In this document: positions 31,311 through 41,469 of the stretch, piece by piece
How the letters are laid out: the number at the start of each line of letters is the position of its first letter
How positions within the stretch are numbered: the stretch's first letter is position 1
NCBI GenBank assembly: GCA_963718895.1
Contig: CAVRAG010000008.1
Location: forward strand, 864,001-928,000
Length of the DNA: 64,000 nt
Source: an uncultured Nitrososphaerota archaeon
GTDB taxonomy: Archaea; Thermoproteota; Nitrososphaeria; Nitrososphaerales; Gagatemarchaeaceae
Direction of reading: 5' to 3'
Position numbers and translations under genes: made by a program
Notes under the pieces: generated by a model
What the model was told of the DNA's origin: nothing
The model's database searches: none
What the model saw: the letters and a program-made list of their open reading frames with translations, nothing else

Positions 31311-32508
31311 ATGGAAAGCAACGAAGGTACCAAACCCAAGAAGGCAGCAGGGGAGGAAGGACACAGAACGCGATGGCCAGAATACACAGACCTCGAAAGG
31401 CAGCTCCTCGACCACAAGTTTCGCCCGCCTGGTGACTGGGAATCCCTCGAATTCATGAACGACTTTTGGAACGTCGTCCACGATGAGAAGGATCTCCAGC
31501 AGTACCGAAGGCTGGCGAGAGTGTGGCAGATGAGATGCGCAGCACCCCCAATCCCATACAGCGAGATCGGCACAGCACTCGAGTTCGACAAGATCGAAGC
31601 GAACAGGATGTTCTCCGGAAAGAACCAGAGGACAAACCTCGCAGAGATGTACCTCAACCGCGCCATGCTCGGGAGACCGCGCAACGGCTGGAAGTGGATA
31701 CTCGAATGCACACCCAAACCGACCAATCCGTATCCCAAGGCGACACAAGTCCCCGAGCAGATCCGAGATTACGGCGACGTCCTCGAGTTCCTGAAGCAGT
31801 TCCCGCGGATTCCCGAATCGAACCCGAACCTCTCATTCTTCGGAGTGACGAGCGGATGGGCCGAGGCGCAGAGACCGCAGCTGTTCAGCTTCCTGCTCGC
31901 GTTCCTCGTCGGCGATGGTGGCAAGTACTACTCAGAGTACGAGAGTAGAGCGAGGCACTATCGGAAGGCGGCGATGACGACGAACATGAAGCGGACAGAC
32001 AGCAACTTCAGGGTTCTCAGGTACGTGCAGCTGTGTCTCGAGACAATCGGCATTCCGTCGGGTGAGATCGATGCGCACACGCTACCGAATGGCTACGAGG
32101 TCATAAGGTGGAACTCGGTGTACAGCAACCTCATCACGTGGATCGTCCGCGTCTGCATGGGTCTGAAGGAAGGAGAAAGGACGAGCGAGAATCCGATAAA
32201 GATGGAGTGGCTTCTAGGCTGTCCGCACGACTTCATCGTGGCATTCCTTCAGGGACTAGGCAGACTCGGATGGGCACGTGCACAAGTCCGGGTACTATGC
32301 AGACATCAGCAGTGTTCCGAACTCAGAGTTCTACGTGCGACTTCTCAAGCGAGTGTCAGTAGAAGCGAACGCCTATCCCAGAATCATGCCCCAGAGCGTA
32401 CACATGTCATTGCAAGACGCGCTTGCAACTCCATTGTTCAACCCCATCATCAATAGCTACAGACATCAAAAACTCCTCGAACACGCAAAGCAACGTAAGC
32501 TCTTGTAA
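31311..32508 (+). CDS. Free-standing two-motif LAGLIDADG endonuclease-like protein with N-terminal extension (frameshift near 32260)
   Basis: FLLAFLVGDGG and, across the frameshift, AFLQGL-ADSDGHV; no intein C/HN splicing motifs seen. Confidence 0.7.
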
Positions 32509-32593
32509 ACCCAGATCCGTCGATTCCTCCCCCTCCCTCTTTTTTTCTTCCGTGATGATTAAATAAGATCACAGTATTGTTAAGTGATGGATC

Positions 32594-33244
32594 TTGAGGA
32601 CCGAGAGACTGGGCTGGGTCTACGCTTGCGTTGAACCAAGTGCCCGAACTCGAGGCGTGCGATTGCACGGGATACTTGAGTTTGATGAGAAGGCAAAGCT
32701 GATTCAGGAACGAACAGGACCGGGCTATGACTTGCTCAAGGGCTTGACGATGGAAGATCCTGATGCCATTAAGAGTAAGATTGTTGAGATCCTTCAGGGT
32801 AATCTGGAAGAGACTGCGGGCCTCAAGCTCGAGCCAGATTATACGAAATTTGTCATTATGGGGAGGCAGGAATTCGAGAAGGTCGCCAGAAAGGCAGGCT
32901 CGATGTACTACCAGGACGTTGATCGACACAAGGACATCAAGAGACCAATAACCGTCTACTTCTCTCCTTTCCGGAGCGCTTCAACGGGCAAAGTGAGGAG
33001 CAAGCACATTCTCGTGATAGATGCTGACGGGAAAGTTGCGGATGACTGGAGCGACCCTTCGGGCTGGATAGTCGGATGGACCGACAAACCGCTGACCAAC
33101 CTCAACGCTCTCAGTATGGTCAGAGAGTTCCTCGCGGAGAACGGGATATCGATGTCAAAGCGCGATAGAGCCTACAGGCTTAATCCGCAGGCGATGAGGA
33201 ACAAGTTGGTTCAATTCCAGATTCCTGAGGAACCGAGTCCCTAG
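32594..33244 (+). CDS. Hypothetical protein
   Basis: 216-aa ORF with upstream AT-rich TATA-like sequence (TTAAATA near 32559). Confidence 0.55.
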   Translation: MRTERLGWVYACVEPSARTRGVRLHGILEFDEKAKLIQERTGPGYDLLKGLTMEDPDAIKSKIVEILQGNLEETAGLKLEPDYTKFVIMGRQEFEKVARKAGSMYYQDVDRHKDIKRPITVYFSPFRSASTGKVRSKHILVIDADGKVADDWSDPSGWIVGWTDKPLTNLNALSMVREFLAENGISMSKRDRAYRLNPQAMRNKLVQFQIPEEPSP

Positions 33245-33299
33245 AGCTTGACCTCGGTCAGACCTGGGCATGAGCTTACATTCAGGAAAGTGGGGCGTC

Positions 33300-33547
33300 G
33301 GAAGTAAGATTCACGAGGCATGCGACAGAGAAACTCCGTATGCTCGAAAGCCATGGTGTGAAGATATCGAGAGCACAGGTGGAGCGGTCGGTGCTGGAAC
33401 CGGAGAACATCATCTCAGGGTTGGGAGGCAGGTCCATAGCCGAGAGCAGACGACGAGGAACACGCCCTGCGGGTCGTATTCGTCAGGGAGGAAAGCCAGA
33501 TATGAGTCATCACCATGTATCAGGCGAGGAGAGGGAGATACCATTGA
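33300..33547 (+). pseudogene. Decayed DUF4258/BrnT-like toxin
   Basis: RFTRHATEKLRMLESHG..QVERSVLEP..HALRVVF..*VITMY, with a frameshift and an internal stop. Confidence 0.6.
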
Positions 33548-33750
33548 ACGTCCATTACAGCAGGGACGAAGACATCCTGACCTACGAAGTCAGCGGCGAA
33601 CCGATCGACTACGCCGAAGGGATGGACTCTGTTATCGTCCACTTCACCAAAGACGGGAAGCCCGTGATGCTCGAGATACTCGATGCAAGGAAGTTCCTCG
33701 CTCAGACCGTCGACGCGACAAAGAAGAGAACGGTTTCTGCACGCAGTTAG
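33544..33750 (+). CDS. DUF2283 antitoxin-like protein
   Basis: VHYSRDEDILTY..VIVHFTKDGKPVMLEILDA. Confidence 0.8.
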   Translation: MNVHYSRDEDILTYEVSGEPIDYAEGMDSVIVHFTKDGKPVMLEILDARKFLAQTVDATKKRTVSARS

Positions 33751-33753
33751 CCG

Positions 33754-34038
33754 GTCGGCCCGATCTGGGCGGGCGGCGAACACGGAGAAGCCGAGGTCCT
33801 CAGCGATTGCTATAGGAATTCCCTTCAGCTGGCGGCAAAGATGAGAGTCGAGTCGATCGCCTTCCCTTCGATAAGCACGGGCGCATATGGGTATCCGATT
33901 GGCGAAGAGAGCAAAGTGGCGCCGAGGACAGTCAGGGGGTGCGTAGAACGGGAATCGGGACCATCGGAGGTTCGTTCTGTCCTGTTTGACCTGCGCGATC
34001 TGGCAATCTACGAGAGCGTTGCATCCAGCCTTCGGTGA
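33754..34038 (+). pseudogene. Orphan C-terminal half of a macrodomain (O-acetyl-ADP-ribose deacetylase-like)
   Basis: VGPIWAGGEHGEAEVLSDCYRNSLQLA..SIAFPSISTGAYGYP; N-terminal half absent. Confidence 0.85.
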
Positions 34039-34099
34039 AGGGCGAGGACCAAGGCGAATCCCCTTGACACTAGGGCGGATTGGCGACTGGAGATTTCCT

Positions 34100-34408
34100 G
34101 GTTTTTGGTCGCCAGCGAGGCGACTCGCCTGTATTTCTTGCTCTTCGCGTCCGCATCGAATAGTGGAAGCCTCACCGCATCGTCCACGCTTAGGCTACTG
34201 AGATTCGATTGGTTCCGAAGACGTGCGAAGGAACATTGAGGTCCTTGAGAAGCCGTATCAGGGCAACGAGTGAGAACGATGAGACGGGAATCACGACCGC
34301 ACGTTCCTTGGGGCTGATCTTCGCCGACTTCTCGAAGAGGTCCCGAAGGAAAGCTATCCGCAGATCACGTGACGCCGACTGAATACGTTCGAGTTCAGAT
34401 TCTTGCAT
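34100..34408 (-). pseudogene. Small LAGLIDADG-like protein, copy 2 (frameshift)
   Basis: RIQSASRDLRIAFLRDLFEKSAK.. close to copy 1; continues SVDDAVRLPLFD in another frame; shares upstream TGCTTAAGAATAGT with copy 1. Confidence 0.7.
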
Positions 34409-34454
34409 GCCAAGATACTTCAGAACTATTCTTAAGCATCACCAGAATGCATTT

Positions 34455-34901
34455 TCAGAGAAGACGAATAGCAGGATAGTCCTTCGCAGGTCGATAATTC
34501 ATTATCAGGACATCAATCGCGCGTTTGGTTCCGTCTTCCGCGGTGACCGTTACTCCCTTTTCCTGCAGGTTCTCCTTCACATGCCAATCGAGGTTGTCAT
34601 AGGCATAGTCTGAGAGACCTTTGATGCAGAGCCAGACGTCGACGTCGCTTGCCTTGGTCCATCTTCCAGCCGCCATCGAACCGATGATCCAAGCGCCTTT
34701 GAGTTTCCCTTGTTTCTGATGATATTTGCAATCTTCCTCTGCGTAGTCATCATATTCTGTAATACAATCGTACTCGTCGAGAACAAGCTCCAAGGCGCCC
34801 AGGCCGTCGTCCCGGCGTATCGGGTCCTTGTGACGGCGATGCTTCCACTTATCCGCCTGTATGGATTTCGCTTCTCTCTGGATGACTTCGGCCTCTAACA
34901 T
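34455..34901 (-). CDS. Minimal nucleotidyltransferase (MNT)-like protein
   Basis: IIGSMAAG..SDVDVWL..IDVL. Confidence 0.7.
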   Translation of the reverse strand: MLEAEVIQREAKSIQADKWKHRRHKDPIRRDDGLGALELVLDEYDCITEYDDYAEEDCKYHQKQGKLKGAWIIGSMAAGRWTKASDVDVWLCIKGLSDYAYDNLDWHVKENLQEKGVTVTAEDGTKRAIDVLIMNYRPAKDYPAIRLL

Positions 34902-34948
34902 GGAGTAATCAGCCCCGGACAGTATTTAGGGGGATCTGAGGACGAGAT

Positions 34949-35743
34949 TCAACTCTTCGGGTGTTGCGTGCCTTCGTCGTGTTTCCCTAGATATTCATAC
35001 TCGCCAGGACTCACGAACTTGACGAGCCCTAGGTCGCGGAGCACCTGGAGTTGCTGCCTTATCTTGGGACGTACGTTGTGATTGTCGCGATGCTTTCCTG
35101 CCAGTTCCTCCTCGAACTCGTAGAGCTCATCGAGCTTGAATGTGGTTGGCAATCTCTCGACGCACGTTAGTATGTCCGCGACCCAACCCCTGAGATTGGG
35201 TTTGGTCCTGAGGAGGGAATTACTCTGTTTCCATTGTGCTAGGACTTCCTTCTTTTCTCTAATTACTCCTTGATTGACGACTTCAATCTTGCCGAGCTTC
35301 GGGATATCGTCAAGCGAATAGAGACACCCTTGCCAACCGGCACGTCGTGCCGTCGGCGACAATGGCCTCCTGGGAATTATGCAGCTAGTCGTTATGCACG
35401 ATCTATGAATTATCGTGAGCGCTTCTGCCGACCAGTTTGGTTGATCGTAGTGCAAGAGAAACATGGAAGGCTGTGTTCCTGAGAGGATACTGTTTAGTGT
35501 CGTATGATACTCTGACCCAAGGAGAACGTGAGAGAATCTGTGGGCGCTAGACTTGAGTTGGAATCTCTCTGAGCAGGTCGGAGAATAGAAGTCGTAAACA
35601 CTCGTCCCTTGTGGGAAGGATGCGAGCTCAACTCCACATGACGGGCAATAGAAATTCTGAAGAGCCCACGCTTCCGTTGAGACTCTAGCTATCTGAGAGG
35701 CACTCTTAAGTCGGCCATCCGGAGGAGGTAATGCCAGCTCCAT
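34949..35743 (-). CDS. DpnI-like / Dam-replacing family methylation-dependent restriction endonuclease
   Basis: SASQIARVSTEAW..YCPSCG, FQLKS, PRRPLSPTARRAGWQGC, C-terminal wHTH KIRQQLQVLRDLG. Confidence 0.92.
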   Translation of the reverse strand: MELALPPPDGRLKSASQIARVSTEAWALQNFYCPSCGVELASFPQGTSVYDFYSPTCSERFQLKSSAHRFSHVLLGSEYHTTLNSILSGTQPSMFLLHYDQPNWSAEALTIIHRSCITTSCIIPRRPLSPTARRAGWQGCLYSLDDIPKLGKIEVVNQGVIREKKEVLAQWKQSNSLLRTKPNLRGWVADILTCVERLPTTFKLDELYEFEEELAGKHRDNHNVRPKIRQQLQVLRDLGLVKFVSPGEYEYLGKHDEGTQHPKS

Positions 35744-35849
35744 ACCCTTCCAGTCATGGCAGCAATCAGACCTTATTCTCCTTTATTCCTTCGGGGGGAA
35801 TCGACCCAATCCAACTTCCTCTCCTTGGCTTACCGTCTCAATGTTTGGA

Positions 35850-36160
35850 TTAGATAGACTCAGCCAGCGATCTTATTTCCTGAAACTTCTTGCTACGTAA
35901 CCGTTTGCTGAAAACTGGGATGCGCGCCGCTTCCTCTACGTTAATAGATACTGTGATTGGATCAACTCCGGCAACTCGGGGGAGGCTCCGATACTCCGCA
36001 GAAGTTCTACGACGCCGTTGAGATAGGACGGGCTCACGGGTACCCAGACCGTTCTCGACTTTACTTCCACCACCCCCAGACTTTCGAAGACACCTTGTAT
36101 GAAAACGAGTTTGACATTATCAGGAGCCGCCCTGACCAAATTAGAAAATGCGTCACTCAT
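35850..36160 (-). pseudogene. Small LAGLIDADG-like protein, copy 3 (frameshift)
   Basis: VKLVFIQGVFESLG..LLRSIG then GVDPITVSINVEEAARIPVFS..SLAESI*. Confidence 0.65.
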
Positions 36161-36479
36161 GCATTCAACCGTCAGGGAATCTAATAAACACCCCCGCTGG
36201 ACTGGATGAGACTACAACCTATTCCTTGTCTGTCGTCGAATTGCGTGTGGCAATCTTCCGGACCTTGATGGTGACCAAGTCTCCTTCCTGAATTTGGAGC
36301 GCGGCGCGAATCTCCTTCGGGATTGCCACGCGTCCCAATGCCTGAACCTTCGCTGTGAAGGTGATTTCCAATCTTCCTCATACCGTTACCTAAACACATT
36401 ATTTAAGGACATATGCTCTAATGTTTCCTTATAGCATATACCAAATCTTTAGAAAAAGACCTAGCTAGGCAAGTTCAAG

Positions 36480-36731
36480 TTGCCGCTGAAGGAGTCTGAA
36501 GGGAAAGTTCTGCTCGCCCTCCTCCTGAACGGAGACACTCCGATTATGACACTTCCAAAGAAAGCAAATCTCGGTGGCAATGCGGTATACAACTCCATCA
36601 GGTGGTTGTCTGAGCGCAGCCTGGTTGAAGACATCAGGGAAAAGGGGCGGCCGGGGCGTAGAATCATCAAGCTGACCGAGAAGGGGAAAAGAGTGGCGGA
36701 GCTCCTTCTGAAGGTCGAACATAGTCTCTGA
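36480..36731 (+). CDS. wHTH (MarR-like) regulator
   Basis: AVYNSIRWLSERSLV..RRIIKLTEKGKRVAE. Confidence 0.7.
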   Translation: MPLKESEGKVLLALLLNGDTPIMTLPKKANLGGNAVYNSIRWLSERSLVEDIREKGRPGRRIIKLTEKGKRVAELLLKVEHSL

Positions 36732-36767
36732 AAGACTCAAAAAGTATCTCGGATACTATATTGCGGG

Positions 36768-37265
36768 ATGCAATTCGGTGGAGCGAGGACTCCTCTAGCG
36801 AAGCTGGGTATCAACAGGAAGTATGTCTCCTTGCCCGTTGGCAAATCACCGCAGTCTTCCTCCTCGGCCGTTTCGAAGTCGATGCGATCCAACAAGGCGT
36901 CAGGCACAAAGCCCGAACTCACACTTTCAAGACTTCTTAGGAAGAAAATCAGGCGAAATTCCCTTCCCGGCCGACCTGACTTCGCCTATTCGCGGGAAAA
37001 GGTGGCCGTTTTCGTTAACGGTTGTTTTTGGCACAGGTGCCCTGCTTGCAATCTTCCCATCCCTAGAAGGAACTCGTCCTTCTGGAAGCGCAAGTTCTCC
37101 AGAAACGTTGAGCGAGATGAACTAAATCGCAAAGAACTCGAGGCGAAAGGATGGACGGTCGTTGAACTTTGGGAGCACGAGATTAAGACTAGCCCAAAGG
37201 ATTCGTCGCTCAAGGTACTTAACGCGCTGAATCGGTCTTTGCGGGGCGACCGACTAAATCGGTGA
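36768..37265 (+). CDS. vsr: Very short patch repair endonuclease
   Basis: MRSNKASGTKPE, LPGRPDF, AVFVNGCFWHRC, FWKRKFSRNVERD, VVELWEHE. Confidence 0.92.
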   Translation: MQFGGARTPLAKLGINRKYVSLPVGKSPQSSSSAVSKSMRSNKASGTKPELTLSRLLRKKIRRNSLPGRPDFAYSREKVAVFVNGCFWHRCPACNLPIPRRNSSFWKRKFSRNVERDELNRKELEAKGWTVVELWEHEIKTSPKDSSLKVLNALNRSLRGDRLNR

Positions 37266-37271
37266 ATCGGG

Positions 37272-38531
37272 ATGTCTAGAGAGTCCAACGAGTCTCACAA
37301 TCCTGGTCCAAGTCTCTCTCATCTCGCTAGCTCGGATTCTCAGGTCTCGCTGTTCGAGCCTGAAAGTTCCCTTCGAACCCGAAATCGGTGTACGGACAGA
37401 TGGATTAAACTGATGAGGGATGAACTCCCTAAGATCTTCTCCGTCAATTCCGAAGGACTCGTCGTAGCTAGAAACCGCCTAAGAACCATGGATGAGAAAC
37501 AGGGCGAAGTCATTAAGGATACAGCCAAAGGGTCGAGCCAACGCTATTCTGTCATATTCACGAACCAAGGGGAAAAGGCGAAATCCAATCCGAACCGAAT
37601 CAATTTCGAAGTTTCAAAGTCGGAGAGGGTATTCGACCGCTGTCTGGTCTCCTCTTGCAGAAATCCGAGGTCGAAAAAGGGCAACATACGGGGTTTGTGC
37701 AAGGGAAACCAACACAAGCATCTTGAGGTAATCGAGAAACGTAAAGATCTGCCAGACGGCACGTACTATGCGAGACGCAATGACGAAAACGGTCACTTGG
37801 TAACTGGACCTCCGTTGACGGTTTCTCAAGCAGAGGACCTTCTCAATTCACTCAAGACTAAACTAAGGGAAAGAAGGGAAAGAAAGAAGAAAAGCGGAAA
37901 GGACGAGAGGGATGAGAAGAATCCCCGATTGTGGGGCCCATCTGAACTTAAGAAGCTAGACCATTATGTCGACTGGGTAGGCGTTCTCAGGGAGGATGGC
38001 AGCGGACGAGAGATTTTCGCCCCATGGCACGGGGGCATCGCGGAAGTCCTTCTTACCTGGATAGGGGCCGATGAAGAGAGAGGAAAAAAGGTGGATGAGT
38101 TTGTGGGCGACGTGCTCCAGAATGTAGTGGTAGGCCACATCAAGGATTCGACGACGATGCAGATAGAGTATGAAAGAGGCCTCGGTGAAACCGAAACAGG
38201 TTGCAAAGGACTCGGGGCGCTAGACGTGATTTCCTCTGTGAGGAGTGTCGTAAACAAACACTTCGATGACACAAACGAAGGGATAAGCTGGAAAGTTGAA
38301 GACCGGGAACCGTTCGAGCAAGTTCCCATTAGAATAGTAGCGGCTATGATGGCTCTGGGCTTTGCTGCCGAGGAGGCAAACAGGAGTGATGCTTGGTTCT
38401 GCAAAGAAATCCTAGGGGGAGAGAAGTCTCATTACGCGAGCGCCTACATGTCAGCGGTCTACTATCTCCTCAGACGAGCAAAAGCTAGTCAACCCCAAGC
38501 GACGATGGTAGTACAGGCAATGACGCGTTAA
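37272..38531 (+). CDS. Hypothetical protein, candidate restriction endonuclease
   Basis: 419 aa, low GC, between vsr and a convergent C5 methyltransferase; Cys/His cluster; call is from context only. Confidence 0.5.
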   Translation: MSRESNESHNPGPSLSHLASSDSQVSLFEPESSLRTRNRCTDRWIKLMRDELPKIFSVNSEGLVVARNRLRTMDEKQGEVIKDTAKGSSQRYSVIFTNQGEKAKSNPNRINFEVSKSERVFDRCLVSSCRNPRSKKGNIRGLCKGNQHKHLEVIEKRKDLPDGTYYARRNDENGHLVTGPPLTVSQAEDLLNSLKTKLRERRERKKKSGKDERDEKNPRLWGPSELKKLDHYVDWVGVLREDGSGREIFAPWHGGIAEVLLTWIGADEERGKKVDEFVGDVLQNVVVGHIKDSTTMQIEYERGLGETETGCKGLGALDVISSVRSVVNKHFDDTNEGISWKVEDREPFEQVPIRIVAAMMALGFAAEEANRSDAWFCKEILGGEKSHYASAYMSAVYYLLRRAKASQPQATMVVQAMTR

Positions 38532-38540
38532 GCGACCGAA

Positions 38541-39632
38541 CTAGATTGTTTGATACACCAGTGAGTCTTGGGGTGGACTGAGCCCCTCTTCTCGCAGAAT
38601 CGCTTTGGCCATGGCTGAGGAAAGCTTGACAGGGACTGAATTCCCTACTAGTTTGTACTTTGAAGTCAACGTCTTGGCGGGAAACCTGTAGCTGATAGGA
38701 TAACATTGCATCGACGCGCATTCTCTGACCGTGGGCTTACGATATCTGACTTCGCCCTTGTAATCGGTCTTGATTACCATGGTCTCCCTTGAAGCGTTGA
38801 ACTGGGTTGCCATCACCGTCCGTGAAGGCCTGTCGAGGTCGTCCGGGAATTTCATCTTCCCGTAGTATGCGTGGGCGACCTTCTGCCTCTTGTTCCTCTC
38901 CGCCTCCTCCTTGGTCATGAGCGCATCATCGGGGCTCATGAAGTGGTCCTCCAACTGCCGTGAGGGCATCGATAGCTTGTAGTTGGGATCATGGACGACC
39001 TTTCGCTTCGGTACGGGTTCGATGGGATTTGGAAAGGCATCGATGACCCTTCTCATCGGGACCCACGGTTCGTAAAGCAGGTTATCCAGCGTCAAAGCAG
39101 ATTCCGCGAAGTGTGTCTGAACCGGGCTCGGGTACTTCCCAGAAAGGAGCCTCAGGCGCTTCTGCGGAGCCCCGAAGTTGGCCGAATTGAAGACTTCCCG
39201 GCGCGGGATGTCGAAGAATCCGTCTTCAGCTATGCCCATGTCCTGAAGACGGACACGAGAAGGAAGCGTTTGCAGGAGGCGTGGAACGTTCTCCATAATC
39301 CACCATTTTGGTTTGAGTGTATGCACGAACTTGAAATATGCTAGGACCAACTTCATGCCTTTCTTGAAGTCGCCGCCTCCCCCTCTTTTGGATCCCGAGA
39401 ACTCAGTACAGGGTGGCCCTCCGATCAAGACATCCGGGTGGGGGAACTGAGATGGGTCCAGCGTCTCAATGTCAGCCTTGACAACCTCAGCTTCAGGCTG
39501 ATTCAGCTTGTGCGCCTCCAGGGCAGGGTTCCAGTTGTCTATCGCGTGAGTGACTTGAAATCCCATCTGTCTGAATCCTTCAGAAAAGCCACCTGCACCG
39601 CAGAAGAGATCTATGACGGTGAGACGACCCAA
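38541..39632 (-). CDS. DNA (cytosine-5)-methyltransferase
   Basis: DLFCGAGG, GGPPCTEFS, MENV, PQKRLR, TVRECA, VGNSVP. Confidence 0.95.
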   Translation of the reverse strand: MGRLTVIDLFCGAGGFSEGFRQMGFQVTHAIDNWNPALEAHKLNQPEAEVVKADIETLDPSQFPHPDVLIGGPPCTEFSGSKRGGGGDFKKGMKLVLAYFKFVHTLKPKWWIMENVPRLLQTLPSRVRLQDMGIAEDGFFDIPRREVFNSANFGAPQKRLRLLSGKYPSPVQTHFAESALTLDNLLYEPWVPMRRVIDAFPNPIEPVPKRKVVHDPNYKLSMPSRQLEDHFMSPDDALMTKEEAERNKRQKVAHAYYGKMKFPDDLDRPSRTVMATQFNASRETMVIKTDYKGEVRYRKPTVRECASMQCYPISYRFPAKTLTSKYKLVGNSVPVKLSSAMAKAILREEGLSPPQDSLVYQTI

Positions 39633-39829
39633 AGCTAACCTTTTCGGCCCTTTTGGAGTCTATTAAATACTATTCAATACTCCAGACATACGAGGGAAAC
39701 AGAGGATAGTACAGGTCTTCTGAATCCCAAGGATCGCAGGCTACCAGTGTCCAAACGACGTAATCCTAGTGATCTCACGGTCCTGACGCACACTCCTTGA
39801 GAGTTGGTGGTTATATCTAGGTTAGAGAT

Positions 39830-40771
39830 ATGGGAACCGTGAACAGAGCAGTCTCTGTGCAGGGAGGTTTGCTTGACCTGTTCGCGCCCAAGTTCGGTCT
39901 GGACTCTCTTGGCGCGCCCGGTGAGACAATCATTCTGAAGGTCGTGATAGAATTAAGGAATCAGGGGAGGCTCGTCCTCTTTGCCTCGTATCCAATCAAT
40001 GGGAGGCACGTCCAGATAAGAACGAAGAAGCTCATCGAGCTTGGTCCTGAGGTGAGTGTGGTCTCAGTGAGCCGATACTCGAAGAAGACCTTCATCGCAG
40101 AAGCCAACGATGCGCTCTCGCGCCAGAGCCTGCAGGATCTCCGCGCTTGGTTTCAGATGGCGAGCAGCTTTCACTCAGCGTTGAAGGGAAGCTCGCCCCC
40201 GCGAACCTTGACAGCCTGTACACCGCTGCGGCGAAGGTTTTCGCGCTCATAGAGTGCCAGGGCGCGACCCTCAGGGTCGCTCTTGGAGACGAAGTCGAAC
40301 TCTTCGACACGTCGAGGCGTCGACTAGTCGGGATGAGGATGGAGGGCGAGAAGCTGACTCTCGAGAGGACCTTTCAGCACGGCGGAACTTCGCGTCTGAC
40401 AAGGATGGGGGGTGCCTCGTTTGACGATGAACCGAAAACCGAGAGGCGACGGAGATTGGATAGTTTATGCATTCCATGCCGTGGTAGGCACAGGAAAAAT
40501 CAAGATTCTTGATGTCGTTGTGCTGGATTCAGAAGGCAATCTAGTAGATGAGACCGGAGGATTTCATCTTGTTGAGGTCGACGATGGCAGAGTAACCCCA
40601 AAGAAAGTGAAACTGTTTGTCCAAGAATTTACGGAGGGTTTTCTTCACGCCGAAGGCATCGACGTAGAGCTTCCACTTGAGAACATCAGGCTGACCGATC
40701 TGGATGGGTTGAGCGCGGTTCTCGCCAGGGCAAACTCGCAGAAGTATGGGCCGATCAGAGACCTCCGCTAG
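39830..40771 (+). CDS. Hypothetical protein (frameshifted over three ORFs)
   Basis: Overlapping ORFs 39830, 40147 and 40412; upstream TTATAT. Confidence 0.45.
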
Positions 40772-40805
40772 GCGACGACGCGAACAGTTCACCCGGGGAG
40801 CAGCG

Positions 40806-40897
40806 GAAATGAAGACCGAGAGCTAAGTGGCTCTCGATTCTTAGGTTCCTGTGATTGGCTGGATGTGGACTCTCTTCGCCGTTCTCGCCCCAACGCA
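40806..40897 (-). repeat. Orphan copy 2 of the tes 3' end plus hairpin; direct repeat of 3807-3898
   Basis: Stop TAA at 40841-40843; encodes ENGEE(+1 nt)IHIQPITGT*; hairpin CGAGAGC-N6-GCTCTCG. Confidence 0.92.
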
Positions 40898-41046
40898 TGG
40901 CCAAAATAACAGGTTCTTGACCTAATGGTCGCCGGCCCCGCCGCGGGCCGTGTAGCTCAACCTGATTACGACATCGGGGATGGCGCTAGAGTCGAAGTCC
41001 CAGTCTGAATCTCAGGGACGTCTCGCGACCTGGTCTATTGGAGCAC

Positions 41047-41457
41047 CTAGGATGTCGAGTAGGTCTTGAAGCTCGTTTCGTTGGTCATTTGATTGACCGT
41101 GCCCTCGACCCAGCCCTTTGTCGAGTTCAGCCAGCCGAGCTTCTGGGACTGGGTCATGTAGGTAACCGACCCGGAGAGTGTCTCCGTAGTGGCGGTCGTC
41201 TGCCTGCCCGTCCCCTTGCCCGTCAGGACGATCACTTCCCCATCCGGGGTGGATTCGATGGCCCTCGATTCGTACTCGAAGGTACCGTCCAGCTTCTGGG
41301 TGATGTCTACGGTCTCGAGGTGGCTCGCTGTGTACCTACCATTGACCTGACCCTGCGCGTTGTACTGGACCTTGATGCCGGACTCGGAGATCTCCTTGAT
41401 GATTATTGCGGTCGCCTTCTCGGTGCACTCGCTGATCTGCTCGCGCTTCCCCATCAT
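41047..41457 (-). CDS. Hypothetical beta-rich protein (cargo between tes-end copies 1 and 2)
   Basis: 136-aa ORF MMGKREQISE..; in frame with the upstream tes remnant. Confidence 0.65.
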   Translation of the reverse strand: MMGKREQISECTEKATAIIIKEISESGIKVQYNAQGQVNGRYTASHLETVDITQKLDGTFEYESRAIESTPDGEVIVLTGKGTGRQTTATTETLSGSVTYMTQSQKLGWLNSTKGWVEGTVNQMTNETSFKTYSTS

Positions 41458-41469
41458 GGGCTTTCCCTC

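Noticed and set aside
31311-32508. Intein or group I intron host for the LAGLIDADG ORF
   Set aside because: No splicing motifs and no interrupted host gene or rRNA flank it.
2175-40771. Many split ORFs as programmed frameshifting or mass pseudogenisation
   Set aside because: Single-base shifts occur in otherwise intact genes, often near homopolymers, which is typical of long-read consensus error. This cannot be resolved without reads.
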